A stretch of DNA of 38,054 nucleotides from Paraglomus brasilianum (taxonomy: Eukaryota). A program made the translations under genes and the position numbers. The notes beneath the pieces were generated by a model. It was not told where the DNA came from. It searched no databases and saw nothing but the letters and a program-made list of their open reading frames with translations. Of the stretch, positions 9,285 to 22,927 are shown one piece after another; position 1 is the stretch's first letter; each line of letters begins with the position of its first letter. The stretch spans positions 1 to 38,054 of the forward strand of contig CAJVPI010000265.1 of the NCBI GenBank assembly GCA_910592345.1, given 5' to 3'.

Positions 9285-10956
9285 AATATCGCTTTGTCTG
9301 TTTCTTCAATCATTCAAAGTTGCTCTCTTTATTACAATGTTTCTTGGTTCGATCAAAAATTTCATTGTACGGAATCTCCCAACTCATAAATTACACGACA
9401 TCATGAGACTGCAGCTCGGCTAGAACAACCATATATACAATATCATACAATCAAATAACCGTGGCGTTTGTTATCATAGATCAGAAAACCCTGTTTATTT
9501 TGATGATGCCCAAAGGGGCTAATTATTGAACTAATAAAGGAACGCAAAACTCCAAGGGGCTAATTATTATAAGATCACAAAACCTTTACGTCCTGTCCAG
9601 TTGACATTGTGGCTTTCTCGACTTTTCTTGAACCATGTCATTTGAAATTAATAAGGTCATGTGGCTATTTCATTTTAAATCGAATAACTTTATTTTACAG
9701 TAACGTTCACGAAAAACGAACTGGCAGTAAACGTTAATTGGTAATAGTAGTAGTAACAATAAGATAACCTAAAGTCGTACCTATTATTATTACCTAAAGT
9801 TGGGGTTACCAGATTTAGAACTTGCAATAAGATAAGGGATATTTGCTTACTGCATAGTGCCATGGTTGTCATACACGTGCCCGCGGTTTGAACAATAATA
9901 ATAAGCTACCAATTGTGAGAACGGTTTGACAGACTATTTATATTATAGTTAGTAGCAATAAGGTCAATATCAGGAGATAGATATATCTAATTTTTATTAC
10001 AGCCATCATCGTAGAGAATATAAGAGCTTTTGTAATGAAATCACTTTTCGTAGCTTAAGAAAGCTTTCTTAATTACTAATTTATTTGTTTTTTTCGCAAG
10101 TCCAGCTACATTCTTGTCGCATGCATGCTAACATCTAATGATTCGAGATCGTTTCCCCTTTGTAAATCTCTTTAATTAATTCAAAAAAGACAAAGATGTG
10201 CATACGTGCACTAGTTATGGGGACAAACAAATATGCGACGGTAGTTCGGACTGATATCGTAAAACTACGGTAGTCATGTCGTGGACACGGTAAAAAAGTC
10301 TAGTATCGTCGGACTCGGTTTATCAATGTTTTGACATCATAAGTGGTCTGGAACTTATTGCAAAGATTTCACTAGTGCTCCAATGGCACGCACATTGAAT
10401 ATGATTTTATTCCCAAAAGGATGAAAAGGACGGGCAGATAGAAGATAGACAGAGGAAGAAGAGTTTTCTGTGGAGGAATTAAAGTTATTAAGAACTAGAC
10501 ATGCTGGCATGAAAATGGAATAAAAAGAATTAACAGAAATTAAGCAAAGCAAAACATCCGCTTTGATTAAATAGTAATTGTAAGAAGAAAGAAGTGTACA
10601 TGACGCCACATTGTCAGCAGCACGCCCCCATATCATAGACATGCATTCCATGCTTACTTTTTAGCATTCTTCAGTTTTATTCTTCTTTGCCAAGGTTCAT
10701 ATCTTTGTTTAAAACAAAGTATGATATATTAGGAAATATTTAATGCTCCTTCATGAGTAACCGGAGATTTTATTATTTTCCCGTCCGGTCATTGCATAGG
10801 TTCAAATTACAACAAACAATTCTTTGTCCGAATTTACTAACATGTCGACAAATAATACATCCCTTCTTACCCAATAAAAAGCATCAGACTACAAAGAAAG
10901 GACCGAAAGTGAATCTCATTGGACTAACAAGATTACGATTTGAGATACAAAAGTTT

Positions 10957-11070
10957 TGTGTGTGTGCGTGTGTGTGCGTGTGTGTGCGTGTGTGTGCGTG
11001 TGTGTGTGTTGTGTGTGTGTGTGTGTGTTGTGTGTGTGCGTGTGCGTGTGTGTGCGTGTGTGTGTGCGTG
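10957..11070. repeat. Compound (TG)n/(TGCG) microsatellite
   Basis: About 114 bp of nearly continuous alternating purine-pyrimidine sequence. Confidence 0.95.
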
Positions 11071-11377
11071 CCCTTGTATTTGGGCGTGGTACTGTAACCG
11101 TCCAGAAACAATAATCCGACCGTTGCCAATTCGATTGTTATGCGCGCAAATTTTGTGGAAAAGAAAATAATTACAACAGGTTTACGAATCTTTATTTCAT
11201 AATTAAAATATTCCCTCACAAATCGATATGATATACAAGATAGGAGGGAATAAAAAATGTGTTCGGCAAACTTATGTAAAATGGCAGTGGTAAAAAAAAA
11301 GAAAAAGATTAGCTACAATATCATCTTTACCAAATCTATGTAATAGAAACTCTATATGTTTTATCCAAAGGCTTTCT

Positions 11378-12814
11378 TCATTCAACAACTTCTTTTTTGA
11401 AATCTTTAGCAGGATTCTTCTTCCTTGCAATTAATACAACTCTCTGACCCACTGTCTTGTGTTGTACAACTTCCTTTCTAAACTTTTCAACAAGTCTTCT
11501 CATCCCTTCCTCCCCATCTCCTCCGATTCCCAACCGCTCCCCGATCTCTTCCGAAAATCTCATCAGAATTCCGCACAAATCATCCAACCATCGGATAGCC
11601 TCAATGTCACTTATGGATCCTAGTTTTATTTTCTGTGCGGTTACTTGAACACATTCTAGTTGCGGATATGACTCGAGTGTGGGAACAAGTTTAGTGCGTG
11701 GAGATGGTGATAGGCCCAAGGATAGTGTTAAATGGTTCAAGGCTGTATTGCGAAAGAAGGAAATATAGAATAAGTAACGAATAAATTGCGTGCTCTACAA
11801 CACATTCTGCCTGCATACTCCCTTTGATTCTCCTTTTCTCGTCCAACTCACCTTCTTTAATTATCCTTTCACTGTACATTCCCAAATTTGCCAGTTCTAA
11901 ATCATTTTCAGCGATTTCTATCCATCCTCCAGGCTTTGTAACTCTAATCAATTCCGTCACAACATAGTCCAATTTACTTGTAGGAATACTCAGTCCCATC
12001 CCGCTCATATGCACAAAATCGAAATAGTCGTTTTGGAGAGGTAGAGGGAAAAGAGTGTGACACGGGATGAAGGAAGTGTTTGGGGGAGACGTGAGAATGG
12101 AAGGCGATGGAAGAGACGTCGAAAATGAGGTACGGTATAATGGCATGGAGGGTGTAGATGGTGGTGAAGATGGGAGGGGAGGGAGTGTTGATTCGTTTGA
12201 AATGTATGGAAACGAGTAACAATGAGACAATGAAAGTGAGTCGATTCCGCAAAAGTGAGACCATCTGTATTTGGTTGCGTTCGATAAGACCCAATCACCT
12301 CTTACGCAACTGGGAAAAGGGAGGGGGTGTTAGTTAGATATTAGAAAATCCAACTTTCATGTAATGCACTAGTATTAACTTTTTGATTTACTTACCCAAC
12401 GTCTAATACTCTTGCTTGCCCAGACTCCATTTTTCCTTCCACAGGCGCAGTGAATCCACCTTCGTTTTGTATTCTCATTACTAGTCTTATTATACAATTA
12501 TCGTCTTCATTTTGCTTCTTGATATTCTTAGAGTCTCCTCTGCTCTCGGCGTTATTCATGGGAGAATTAAGTATTTTTTGCCCCAACGGCAACTGACTTC
12601 TATCATTTCTAAACACATTAGGTAGATTTGATTCATTACTTTCGTCCGGGTTCTCCGGACGGTTTATTTTGATTTTGTTTTTGTTCTTGATTTTAGTTTT
12701 TACATCGTCTTCGTTGCTACGTAGGTTTATAGTGGATGGTGATAGAGGAGGTTGAAGTATGTACAAGTCTGTTGAAGTGTCGTCTATGGTAGTTCTTGAA
12801 CAGCAAGAGCCCAT
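11378..12814 (-). CDS. Class I SAM-dependent methyltransferase-like protein (LaeA-like fungal family), 3 exons
   Basis: Exons 12814-12396, 12309-11852, 11742-11378 with GT-AG introns. Motifs ARVLDVGCVRGDW, HFCGID, LPLQNDYFDFVHM, ELIRVTKPGGWIEIAE, VVLIARK. N-terminus MGSCCS. Confidence 0.85.
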
Positions 12815-13912
12815 TTGGAGGGAGTGCGAGATTTGATGTAAAACGGGTGGGATTAGGAATTTTTTTGGTTCTGGGCTTTTGAATTTTTTCTATGGTAAAA
12901 CGAGTGGTATTCTTGGCTGGTGCGATAATGGACCTGAGAGAATGTATATTCGATTTTATTCGACAGTGGGCGGTTTGTTCGTTATTTTGTTTCTAATGGC
13001 CTTAATGCACCAAGTCCCGATACTATATATCAGTAACAAACATATGACCGAAAACTCTTTGCAAATAGATATTCTTTGAAAGTCATAAATTCGACCATGC
13101 ATACGAGTAACCCACATATTTATGTAAAAACATTCGGTCCTACTTCTCGCAGGGCTGTGCATTTACGAATTAGATGTACTTCCGTATATGCTTTTTTGAC
13201 GTAAAATTAGAGTTCATGTGTAGCATATAAGCTATTAATAACAAATGATGAGATTTTGTGGTACCCGCCATTTTGCGAGTTTACCCTTTGCGACGCCTGT
13301 TTGTCATTCGTTCTTTTCTTGGCTGATGGCGTCTTATTGGGTAACCTTACCCTGATCGACGAGAAGACCGATAGCGCCCCGATTGTGAGCATATAGATGT
13401 GTGTCAAAATAAATAGATAAAGAACAAACAATACGAACCCTGTCTATGTTACGTTGATTAGATAATTGTGGTAGTTACGACGGGTTATTTACAATCATTA
13501 AATTACAAATCATTACACCGAGAGGGTGGGGTTAAGATAAGTGTTTAACGGCAATGCGGGTATATCTCTGTCTATAATTTGATATCATTAGAAAGTATGC
13601 AATTGATCACAGGTGCTACTTTATCGAGTTTTTGCTTACGAAAGTGCTATAGGATTTATGCCTTTGCAGCTTCGGCGTTTGGATTTATTTGGTAAACAAT
13701 CCGTACATGAATGAGACTGTACCTGCATCAGCCGGGCATGTGTCAATTCATAACCAGTCTTCTAATGCCGGTCAGAAATTAAAAATTCGATTGTTCGGGA
13801 ATCCTTAAAAAAGAGGGTTAAACTGCTTATTCATGGTAACAACTAGACCGTTCTACAAGACAATACTTGTCTAATTCGAGGCTTTGATTTTTAAATGCAA
13901 ACGCTGAGTGTT

Positions 13913-13941
13913 GTGTCTGGGGTGTCTGGGGTGTCTGGGGT
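13913..13941. repeat. (GTGTCTGGG)x3 tandem repeat
   Basis: Three perfect 9-bp units. Confidence 0.85.
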
Positions 13942-16213
13942 ATTACGACAGCTTTCTATAACAGTACTTTTTCTCTGTACAGTGTTTAAAGATAAACAGC
14001 TCGTGTAATCTCGGTATGCCATGTCTTATTTCAAGTAAATTTATTCTTTGATTTGGACTAGTCGATACCAAGGCTTAATTACTTGGCTGCTCTATCGGCA
14101 TCGCCAAATTGACAATTAATTTAAATTGGGTTGCGAATAACAAAAGACTTTTATCCAAATAGTTTAAGTTATTTGAAATAATTTGGCTTGGAGAGAAGAT
14201 AAATTTAACCTAATTTGTGTTATAATTGCAAATTGTTCAATTAACTTTACTATATTAATACCAACTATTGAGGCAACCTAAAATATAGCGGTTATATGTC
14301 TATCATAATTTGAATAGACTGATGAACTCGTAATTAAAAAAAGTCTTACGTCGGTTGTACAACTACAAGCGCAAGTCTAGGCCATTCAATTGACGTAATT
14401 AATATCATGTCCTCTGGGGGGGGGAAGTTTGAATTTGTGTAAACCCCTTAAATATACCAAACGACAAAACTCAGGAGTGGTCAAGTCTATTAAAATGTCG
14501 CATATTACTTGAATTAACTTTGCAGATCAATGGCATTCAATAACATTTATCCTGAGCTTGTTAAATTAATATTGTTGTTTCGATTTCGGACAAATAGTCG
14601 AGGGTTATACGATTGCGCAGACAATTGACAATCATATGTACCAATTTATGAACGTTAGAGGTTAAAAACACGTGATAGGTTAATACATATCATGAGTACA
14701 AATTACTATTCGGTGTGTTCGGAACGATCTGAGGCAAAGCCCGCATAAATGTTGTACGAATTACTTTTTTGAGACAGTTCATGTTTATGTAATCGGAGAT
14801 TAGCCTAATCAAGCGCCATAGCTTGGAAATGTACCGATATCATGTAACACGATGCGCTTACATAGCCATAATCAGAACAAGTAAAAAACCCTCTTTGTAT
14901 TTGTACAAAGACAGTACGTACAATTAGACAACACTGATTGCTAAAAGAAAGAACAAGAACAATGACTGTTTGAATGGTGTTACCGAGATAAGAAATACCA
15001 TATATTGTGTTGTTACCTTGGATTATGTCCATTATTATTCTTTTTCGTAAAATTGGATGCCACGTCTTTTGTTTGTCTTTGTTATTACTTTGGGCAAAGC
15101 ATTAGGTTTTACATTTTATTTGGGCATAAAGGCAGACAGACGTGCTAAACTTTTTTGGTTCTGGGTTGGACAATGACAAATGCGTTGGAGCATCTAATGG
15201 TTTGATGATATGTACAATAGTGCATACAGTCTGTAATGAATGCATATAAATGTTCGGTGGGCATTTTGTTTTACAATGTTCGGTCGTGAATTGGAGCATG
15301 CATTATTGCTTTGAAAGGAACCGTCTCATCCAATCGTACGCTCTTACCAAATACAAAATGACGCATGATTTTGATTGGTCTATCAAACAGTCCGCTTTAA
15401 CGAAGGCCCACCTAAGATCTTATAACAAAGATAATTAGTCGGAACAGAGCACTTTGTTAAATCGACTTTACTCTGTATTCTATATTAGCGCACTTTTTCA
15501 GACGTCAAAATTATTATTTTTAATAAAATGAGCTGTTTTGTGAGCTCAAAAAGTATTATCCATAAATAATCTAGTTAATTGTAAAATATATTGTTCTTAA
15601 TTCATCTACTACCCGACTCCCATACACGTACTGTATGGCAACTCATGTAATTTATCAATCTCACACAGAACTTTAAAGTTAAACACGGAGCATTTGAGAG
15701 AGTTGGCTGCAATTCTGACAAACTGTTGTGCGTCGTCTATAAAGAATGCAAAGCTGAGAATGAATAGAATAACAGAACCATTAATTGCTACTGAAATTTG
15801 ATAAAAGAAATTGTGAAAATTGATTCACTATGGCACTAAAAGCCCGCTGTGAGCACAACATGTGGGTTAGAACGCTGGAAAAAGAAGCATTAGTATATTT
15901 ATTTACAAAATCTTGCATTTGTTAAATATTGTTCTCAACACTTCTATGAACTTCGTTGAATAGAATTAGAATGAATGGAATATGCAATGCTGTTTGACGA
16001 TGGATATTTGTAATTCAGACATCCGATACGGTCCTTTTCCTCTGCGTTTGATACGTTTGTGGTCATTGCACAACACATGACAAGCGCCATTCAAACTTGA
16101 CCAATGCCACATGAAGCTTACTCTGTTACTATTATTAGTATTAAACTGTCTACTGGTTTATTCAATCGTTATCCTAGATAGACTTAAATTCTGCTTCATT
16201 AATACTACCAATA

Positions 16214-16813
16214 CAAGTAAAGGCCGTTATAAGAAACTCTCGATAAAAGAGATTGAGCACATAAGAAGAAATATTTCCCGACTCGAACCGGGTTTTATAG
16301 CTCTATAAAAAAGATTTCCAATAATCAAATATAATAAAATAAGTCGCTATATAAGAAACTCCCTGTATTCGATAAAAGAAAGATACAAGAAATGTTACGC
16401 TTTATACAAAAATAACAAAGCTTTTAAACAGTCTTTTTCATTCTCCATATTCCTGGCCGAATATCAAAAAAGAATTCCACAACAGACATGCAATCTTGTA
16501 ATGAATCGAATAGACAACCTGAAGCAAAGAGAGGCAAATCAATAATCATAAAAATGGAAAAGTTTGCAAAAACAGCAGTAGTAACTTTAACAGGAACGAG
16601 CCCAAAAGGCTGAAATTTGTCGAGTCAAAGAACAAAATAAATATTTCTGGAGGACTTTTATTATTTAACCACGCAATAACTTAATCGAGTTAATTAGTTA
16701 ACTAAAGTTTTGTATACTGCTATTTATTACTGTATGAAATAAAGTCTATAAAAGAAATCGGTTCAGTTTGGTTGATAATGAACCGACAGCTTTCTCATAA
16801 CGGGTTTCACTCG
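16214..16813. mobile_element. Old TA-flanked Tc1/mariner-type MITE
   Basis: Imperfect 23-bp TIRs CAAGTAAAGGCCGTTATAAGAAA vs CGAGTGAAACCCGTTATGAGAAA, TA flanks, internal ATAAGAAACTC/CGATAAAAGA repeats. Confidence 0.6.
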
Positions 16814-16908
16814 TATTATTAAATATCTAAAAATCATTTGGTACCTTTCGAAAGTAGGTTTATCTATTACAGAAATCTGTTCTCTTATTTTGTCATTACT
16901 CTTGCATA

Positions 16909-17094
16909 CAGTCAAACCTCGATATAGTGAAGCCTCGATATAGTGAATTTCGCGCTATAGTAAAGAATTCCTCTGATCCAAAAACAGCATTTAGTATAAA
17001 CTTTACTATATTGAAAGATTTCGATACAGTGAATTTTCGATATAGTGAAGAAAAATGCCCGTCCCGCTGACTTCACTATATCGAGGTTTGACTG
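16909..17094. mobile_element. Young pogo-type MITE (186 bp)
   Basis: 24-bp perfect TIR CAGTCAAACCTCGATATAGTGAAG, TA TSD. Confidence 0.95.
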
Positions 17095-17648
17095 TACTAT
17101 TGCACTATTACTATATAATTTTATAATGGGTAAATTAGCATAATAGCTAATGCTCTCCAAAATTATGATAGTAGTGAATCTTTGTTAATTTCAAAATTGG
17201 AGGTTTTAGTTTAGGATTATCAGTTAATTCCTCAATTATAATTACTGGCTTTTTATATTATTGTCTTATTATTATGGAAAAACCATCTTATTTGTATATT
17301 ACTTTTTGTCCCCCTTTTTTTTAGCTTAAATTAATTTCACTTTCTCAATGATTATGATAGCATTACTATTACTGATGCTTGCAAACACAACATATTCCAA
17401 GAAACATTTCTTTCTCTTTGCGGTTTATGACGTTGATCCAGTTTCCAATATAGTGTAACATTTGCGAACAACAACAACAGCACTATTTATGCATCTGTGC
17501 ATGAATATCACCTGCCATATTACTTGGACTTAGAATGAAACGCTTTGTTGATAGTTTGTGGAAATAGTCATGCAGACACGTGTTCAATTTGACAAACCTA
17601 TGCAAATCAACTCCTTTGGATCATGGGTTTTCCCCTACCCTTTCCAAA

Positions 17649-18801
17649 ATGCTCCCTTCCATTCTCATCATTATTCTATTAATTCTGCCTTTCCCGCTCT
17701 TCCTGTACACATTTCCTGATATACTCTACAAATCTTTGTTGTCTGTACTTCATCTGTTTTACAATATTCAAAGATTCACATCGTCTCTCGCACAAATACG
17801 TAAACCAAGGATCACGGTATCATATGACACAATAAAACGGGATATAAACATAGTCGATAGGATTCCAAAGCATTTGGCTGTAATCTATTGGAGAAAGATA
17901 GAAGGAGGAGAAGAAGAAGAAAAAGAAAAAGGCAGTGGAGAGCAAGTGGAAATTGGTTATAGGGAAATTGGAAAATTAGCGTGCTGGGCCGCGAGTGCTG
18001 GGATTAAAGTTTTAAGTATCTACGAGCCGGAAGGTAGAGTATATGCTTGCTTGAATATGTAAGGGAGAGGTGTGGGTAAATGAGTAAAGTATGGTATCTT
18101 TTTGATTTGTAGGTAAGCTCAAGAGAATCGTTCAACAATTGCAGCACCATGTTGATGCCGAAGCGAGACGGTTCTTTGCAAGAGAGGGGAACATACCAAT
18201 ACTACGGGTTTCTGTCGTATATAATAGCTCGTCGATGGAAGACATACAAGCAGGTTTGCTAAGCTGTGAAAGTTTATTCGTCGCAATCATGTCAATATAT
18301 TAACTCATTTCATGTTGGCCAATAAAGATCTCCAAATAATACTATTATCTCGATCAGACGGCCGTGGACGTATAGTTGAAGTGACAAAGTCACTAGCATC
18401 CGAGACATTACAAGGCAACCTTCAAAGTGACGCTATAGACGTCGAGAGGATTGATCAGGCTTTCAGTGGTAACTAACATTCTCCTTGTAAACAACGAAAG
18501 ACGTTGATCTATGGACTAATGTGTAATTCTAATTTCAACAGATTCTCATTTTACTGAACCACAGCAGTTGATCATGTTTTCTCCAGAGATTGATTTGCAA
18601 GGTTTTCCTCCATGGCAGTTGAGATTAACAGAAATCTTGTGAGTCTAAATTGGATCATCTTGATAATTGCTGGCGTTGCACCCTTAGCTGACCGATATCT
18701 TTTTTTTTAGTCATGTCGCTGGCAACAAGCATTTTGACTATTCAGTTTTCCGAAAAGCATTAATTAAATATGCAAAAATAGACAAAAGATTTGGACGATA
18801 A
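17649..18801 (+). CDS. NUS1: Dehydrodolichyl diphosphate synthase complex subunit NUS1/NgBR, 5 exons
   Basis: Exons 17649-18033, 18113-18253, 18328-18468, 18542-18638, 18711-18801. N-terminal TM; IPKHLAVI, WAASAGIKVLSIYE, LSRSDGRGRIV, LQGFPPWQLRLTEIF, C-terminal KRFGR (RxG). Confidence 0.93.
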
Positions 18802-18827
18802 TTTATTAAATAGTCTAATATTCTATG

Positions 18828-21119
18828 TTATTCAAACTTAATTCCTTGAGCCAATGGCAAGATTCCAGAATAGTTTATAGTACAAGTAGCTCGTCGCATA
18901 TACTATCACGATAATAATAATTATTATTCGTTAATGCGCAATGTTAGATGTAAATCAAGGAACAATTTTTTGCGAGAAGTGTATCTAAAACGAACCTGCT
19001 TCCAACTATCCGAACCAGCCTCACGGCCTCCACCTGTTTCTTTTTCTCCTCCAAAGGCACCGCCTATTTCGGCGCCATTCGTTGGGACATTTATGTTGAC
19101 TATGCCTGAATCAGCACCCGCTGGACTGTAATAAGAATCGAGCGTGTTTTTAACGGGCTGACACGCCACTTGTTCAAGCATATACGTCGTAAAAATACTA
19201 ATATCTTACCCAATCCACTTGAATATATTTTCCGGTTTAGTCGTAAATAAGCTACTACTCAAGCCTTGCTTAACCGAGTTATTCATAGCTATAGCATCAT
19301 CGAGTTCCTATCCAAAAAACCTGTATTAGATACTCCACTACATTGACGGCACTCTAAACCATGTTACTTTCTGTGATATAATTTAACTCACCGTAAATTT
19401 GAATACATGAAGAATGGGCACAAATATCTCATTCTGCACTACTGGCGCATCATGAGATATACGCGTCAAAGTGGGTACGACATAATTACCCTTTAGATCG
19501 TCTAAAACTTGTCCACCAAAGATAATCTCTCCATTCTGGTCCAAGACATCTTTTATTCCTTTCCTATAAGCATTCACAGCAGCCTTTGTATGTAATGGTC
19601 CACATAAAACTCCTGCCTCAAGCGGATTACCTATCTTGACCTGCGTATACGCCTTGACCAGTTTCTCAAGAAATTCGTCATAAATCGCTTCGTGTAAAAA
19701 CAGCCTTCTAGTAGTAGTACACCTCTGGCCAGCGGTACCAACAGCAGCGAAAAGTACGCTTCTCAAAGCTAACACCTGATCCGCATCATCCATTACAATA
19801 ATGGCATTATTACCCCCCAACTCCAGCAAACACTTTCCAAATCTTTCCTGCACTATCTGTCCCACACGCCGCCCAACTGCAGTACTTCCAGTAAAGCTAA
19901 CAAGATTGACACGACTATCTTCAGCGATAGCCTCACCGACATCAGCACCACCGCAAACGAGGGAGCAGATGGAACCGGGGAGGGCATTGCGGGAGAGAAC
20001 ACTAGAGAGTAGCTTAGTCACGGCAACAGATGTAAGGTTGGTGGTCGGTGAGCCTTTCCATATTACCGGATTGCCACAAACGAGCGAAATGGCCGAGTTC
20101 CAGCCATAGACGGCTACTGGAAAGTTGAAAGCAGTTATTACGCCCACAATACCAAGCGGGTTCCATTGCTCGGCCATAAAGTGACCTGGTCCTGAATTTT
20201 GGAAATGACATGGTAGACAGATTAGTAGACGAAAGAAATCCTGTAATTGTAAACTATTTTAATGTATAATATGCATCGTATAATACCATATGAAGCACAG
20301 AATATACTATGTAATACGTAAGATTCACAATAAACGAATATAGAACGGACGTTTGTTAGCCGCACGTACGTACGTTTCTGCTAAACGTGCATCATCATTA
20401 CAAAAACACTTACTCTCACTAGGTAATATCTTTCCGCTAAACATCCGACTCAAACCAACAGCATAGTCCGTCATGTCAATGTATTCCTGCACCTCTCCGC
20501 TACCCTCTGGCAATATTTTACCCATTTCCAACGAAACGAGTTTACCCAAATCTTCGCGTTTGGCGAATAGCGCATCACGCATTTGACGGACTATTTCACC
20601 TCTTTGAGGAGCCGGGAGCTGATAAAGCAATAATAATAATAATAAATAAATAAATTACAGATTGAGATTGAGGTTGAGACCCAAAGTGTTGGGACTATAT
20701 CTTTGATGTGTTACCTGGGACCAAACGTGTTTCGCTTCTTCAACTTTTTCCATTGTTTCTGCTAAATCCTTGGTTGTACCCTGTGAGACAAATTGACTTA
20801 GCGATAATCCGTCTCCAATGACTTGCTATTTAAATTAATGAAATAAAAGAAACAGACAACTCACCACTCTAACTCTTCCTAACACTGTTCCATCGATCGG
20901 GCTAATTGATTCCACAACTTCTCCGCTGCCACCCCAAGATCCGTTATAGACTCCATAGTTCTCTTCTCCCAAGTCAAGTGCCGCCAATAAATCCTTATGT
21001 GTTGTCGAGTATTTACGCGTCTTAAGAGATAAATTTAAATTGTACGCAGGAAAAACAGGTATTCTAGTGTTCAGGTAAGGTTGAGAGGCTAGAGAGAGAT
21101 AACGGAGACGGAAACCCAT
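18828..21119 (-). CDS. ALDH7A1: Aldehyde dehydrogenase family 7 (alpha-aminoadipic semialdehyde dehydrogenase/antiquitin), 7 exons, probable mitochondrial presequence
   Basis: [19 protein letters not shown], catalytic ELGGNNA and [29 protein letters not shown]-terminus [24 protein letters not shown]. Confidence 0.96.
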
Positions 21120-21251
21120 AATTGAGAAATTGGATCAGGGGACATTTTTAATTCGACATTTTTTATCCTATTTTCCACGATAACGTGATGCTGGGAATGT
21201 AAAAATCCAGTTAGACGAAATTTTTTGTGAACAGAATATACTGGTAGAATA
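21120..21251. promoter_or_regulatory. Putative bidirectional promoter between ALDH7 and the FIST gene
   Basis: 132 bp between divergent ATGs; central imperfect palindrome CACGATAACGTG(AT). Confidence 0.6.
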
Positions 21252-22873
21252 ATGAGAACTTGCCATCTATTGTCAAAACTATCCAACAAAGTTGGATTCC
21301 CCAGAATACAAAGGCCGGCCTACATTCTATCGCGGAGTTTGTGGTCATCATATACTGCAAGCCACCCAACTTGCTTTACACCATCTACATTATCTATCCG
21401 CTCGCCAGATATATGCATAGCGATCGTATCAAACACTTTTTCTCATGCAGAGCTCGAATCGATTCCCAAACATCTTACCACTTTATTAAATCCCAAGCTT
21501 TTGATTGGTTGCGTGGTAGACAAGATCCATGGAAATTTACCAGACGGCAATGGGGTATCGCTTCTAGTTGGCGACTTGTCTTTAAACAAATCTGTATCAA
21601 TTTCAGAGTTTTCTTATGAAATTGAAGGCGACAGAAGGCTATTTAAAACAAGTAATGTTGGAAGGTGGTTTAGCAATAACGAATCTAGAAATAGAGATGA
21701 CATTGGAAAATTGTTTGATATGGGAAAGTTTGAATTGCCATCTGCTGCTCCGAGTGAAAAGGATCTGCCTAGTGGGTTGAAAAAGTTGAAAGAAAGTGGA
21801 AGTGGAGAAGGACTTTTGTTTATGTTTAGTGACATGGAACCCCATTTGCTGTTGAGGTCATTAGATCATCATTTTCCAGCATATAAAAAGGTAATAACAA
21901 GTACTATGATTATGTTGTCCAAGATCAAGAATATTTAATTCTACTCGTTAACCCAGTTAGGCATCATCGGCACATCTACTCCATTCACAACAGCGCGACC
22001 AGTTACCTTGTTTTATAATGAGCATGTACTATCTCAGGGCGTTGTTGGGTTCTCGCTGACACCAACCAGTATCGGAGATATCGCTCTTCAGCATAGTTCA
22101 CTAAGTCCGTTTGGCGATATAATGAAGATAACAAAGTGTCGAGGAAATATCATACTAGAATTGGATGGACTTAATGCAACTCGGCTTCTACTCGATTCTT
22201 TACGCGCTGGGAATGCTGATGTATCGAAGGAGACTGAATTATACTTGGGCATATATCCACCGAGTGTTGATAGATATGATGTGGGTAAAGTAGAACTGTA
22301 GAGATATATATACAATATTCAACATTCGAAATTTGATTAGACTTCCGACGACCGTCTAGGATTCTACTTTGATAATAAGTAAGATAACAAGCGGCGATCC
22401 AGCGAAAGGAAGTATGGCAATAGATACAATAGATGATTTACAAGTAAATCAATGCGTCAAGGTAAGTTTGATAGCTTTCAAAATTAATCATCCTTCCCAA
22501 TGTAAAAGCTAACTCCCCTTCCCACATCCCCAAGTTCATGTATAGGTCTACAGGCGAACCCACAAAAATAATGAAGGATCATACTCAAAACTCTAAAGGT
22601 TAGTCGTAATCGTTGAAGCATACCGCCATATCTCAAAATGCTCACTTTTCCCCAAAAAAACTAGAAAGTTCAATAAATCTCATTTTATCTGTATCTGATC
22701 CTGAAGACTGTCAGAATTCCACTATTAAAAATCCGGATGAACCAAAAGTATCAAAAAGCAACACTTTTGGTGGTATCAGCGAAAATGGCATTATCATTGG
22801 TCATGGTGGTGTTGAAGGATCGTGGGTATGCAATATACCAAACTCAATGATCACAACTAGATTGAATAAATAA
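21252..22873 (+). CDS. Fungal FIST-domain protein, about 5 exons, probable mitochondrial presequence
   Basis: LLIGCVVD, SNVGRW, MFSDMEP...LDHHFP, LGIIGTSTPFTTARPVTLF, ITKCRGNIILELDG, ITSGDPAKGSMAIDT, FGGISENG; GT-AG introns, e.g. 21891-21956. Confidence 0.8.
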
Positions 22874-22927
22874 ACACACATAGACAAGTAAATGCAAATG
22901 CAAACTCATTTCTAGGTTGTCCAAGTT

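Noticed and set aside
10753..11219. Cys/Val- or His/Thr-rich ORFs
   Set aside because: Translation artefacts of the TG microsatellite.
17580..17648. ORF-track start for NUS1
   Set aside because: GTG start; the in-frame ATG at 17649 in AAAATG context precedes the TM segment.
19801..20109. Antisense and alternative-frame short ORFs over host genes (also 21260-21845, 31078-31314, 34686-35136)
   Set aside because: Shadows of real coding exons with no independent support.
20192..20413. Intronic C/D snoRNA in the long ALDH7 intron
   Set aside because: ATGATGA box C-like word present but no CTGA box D or terminal stem.
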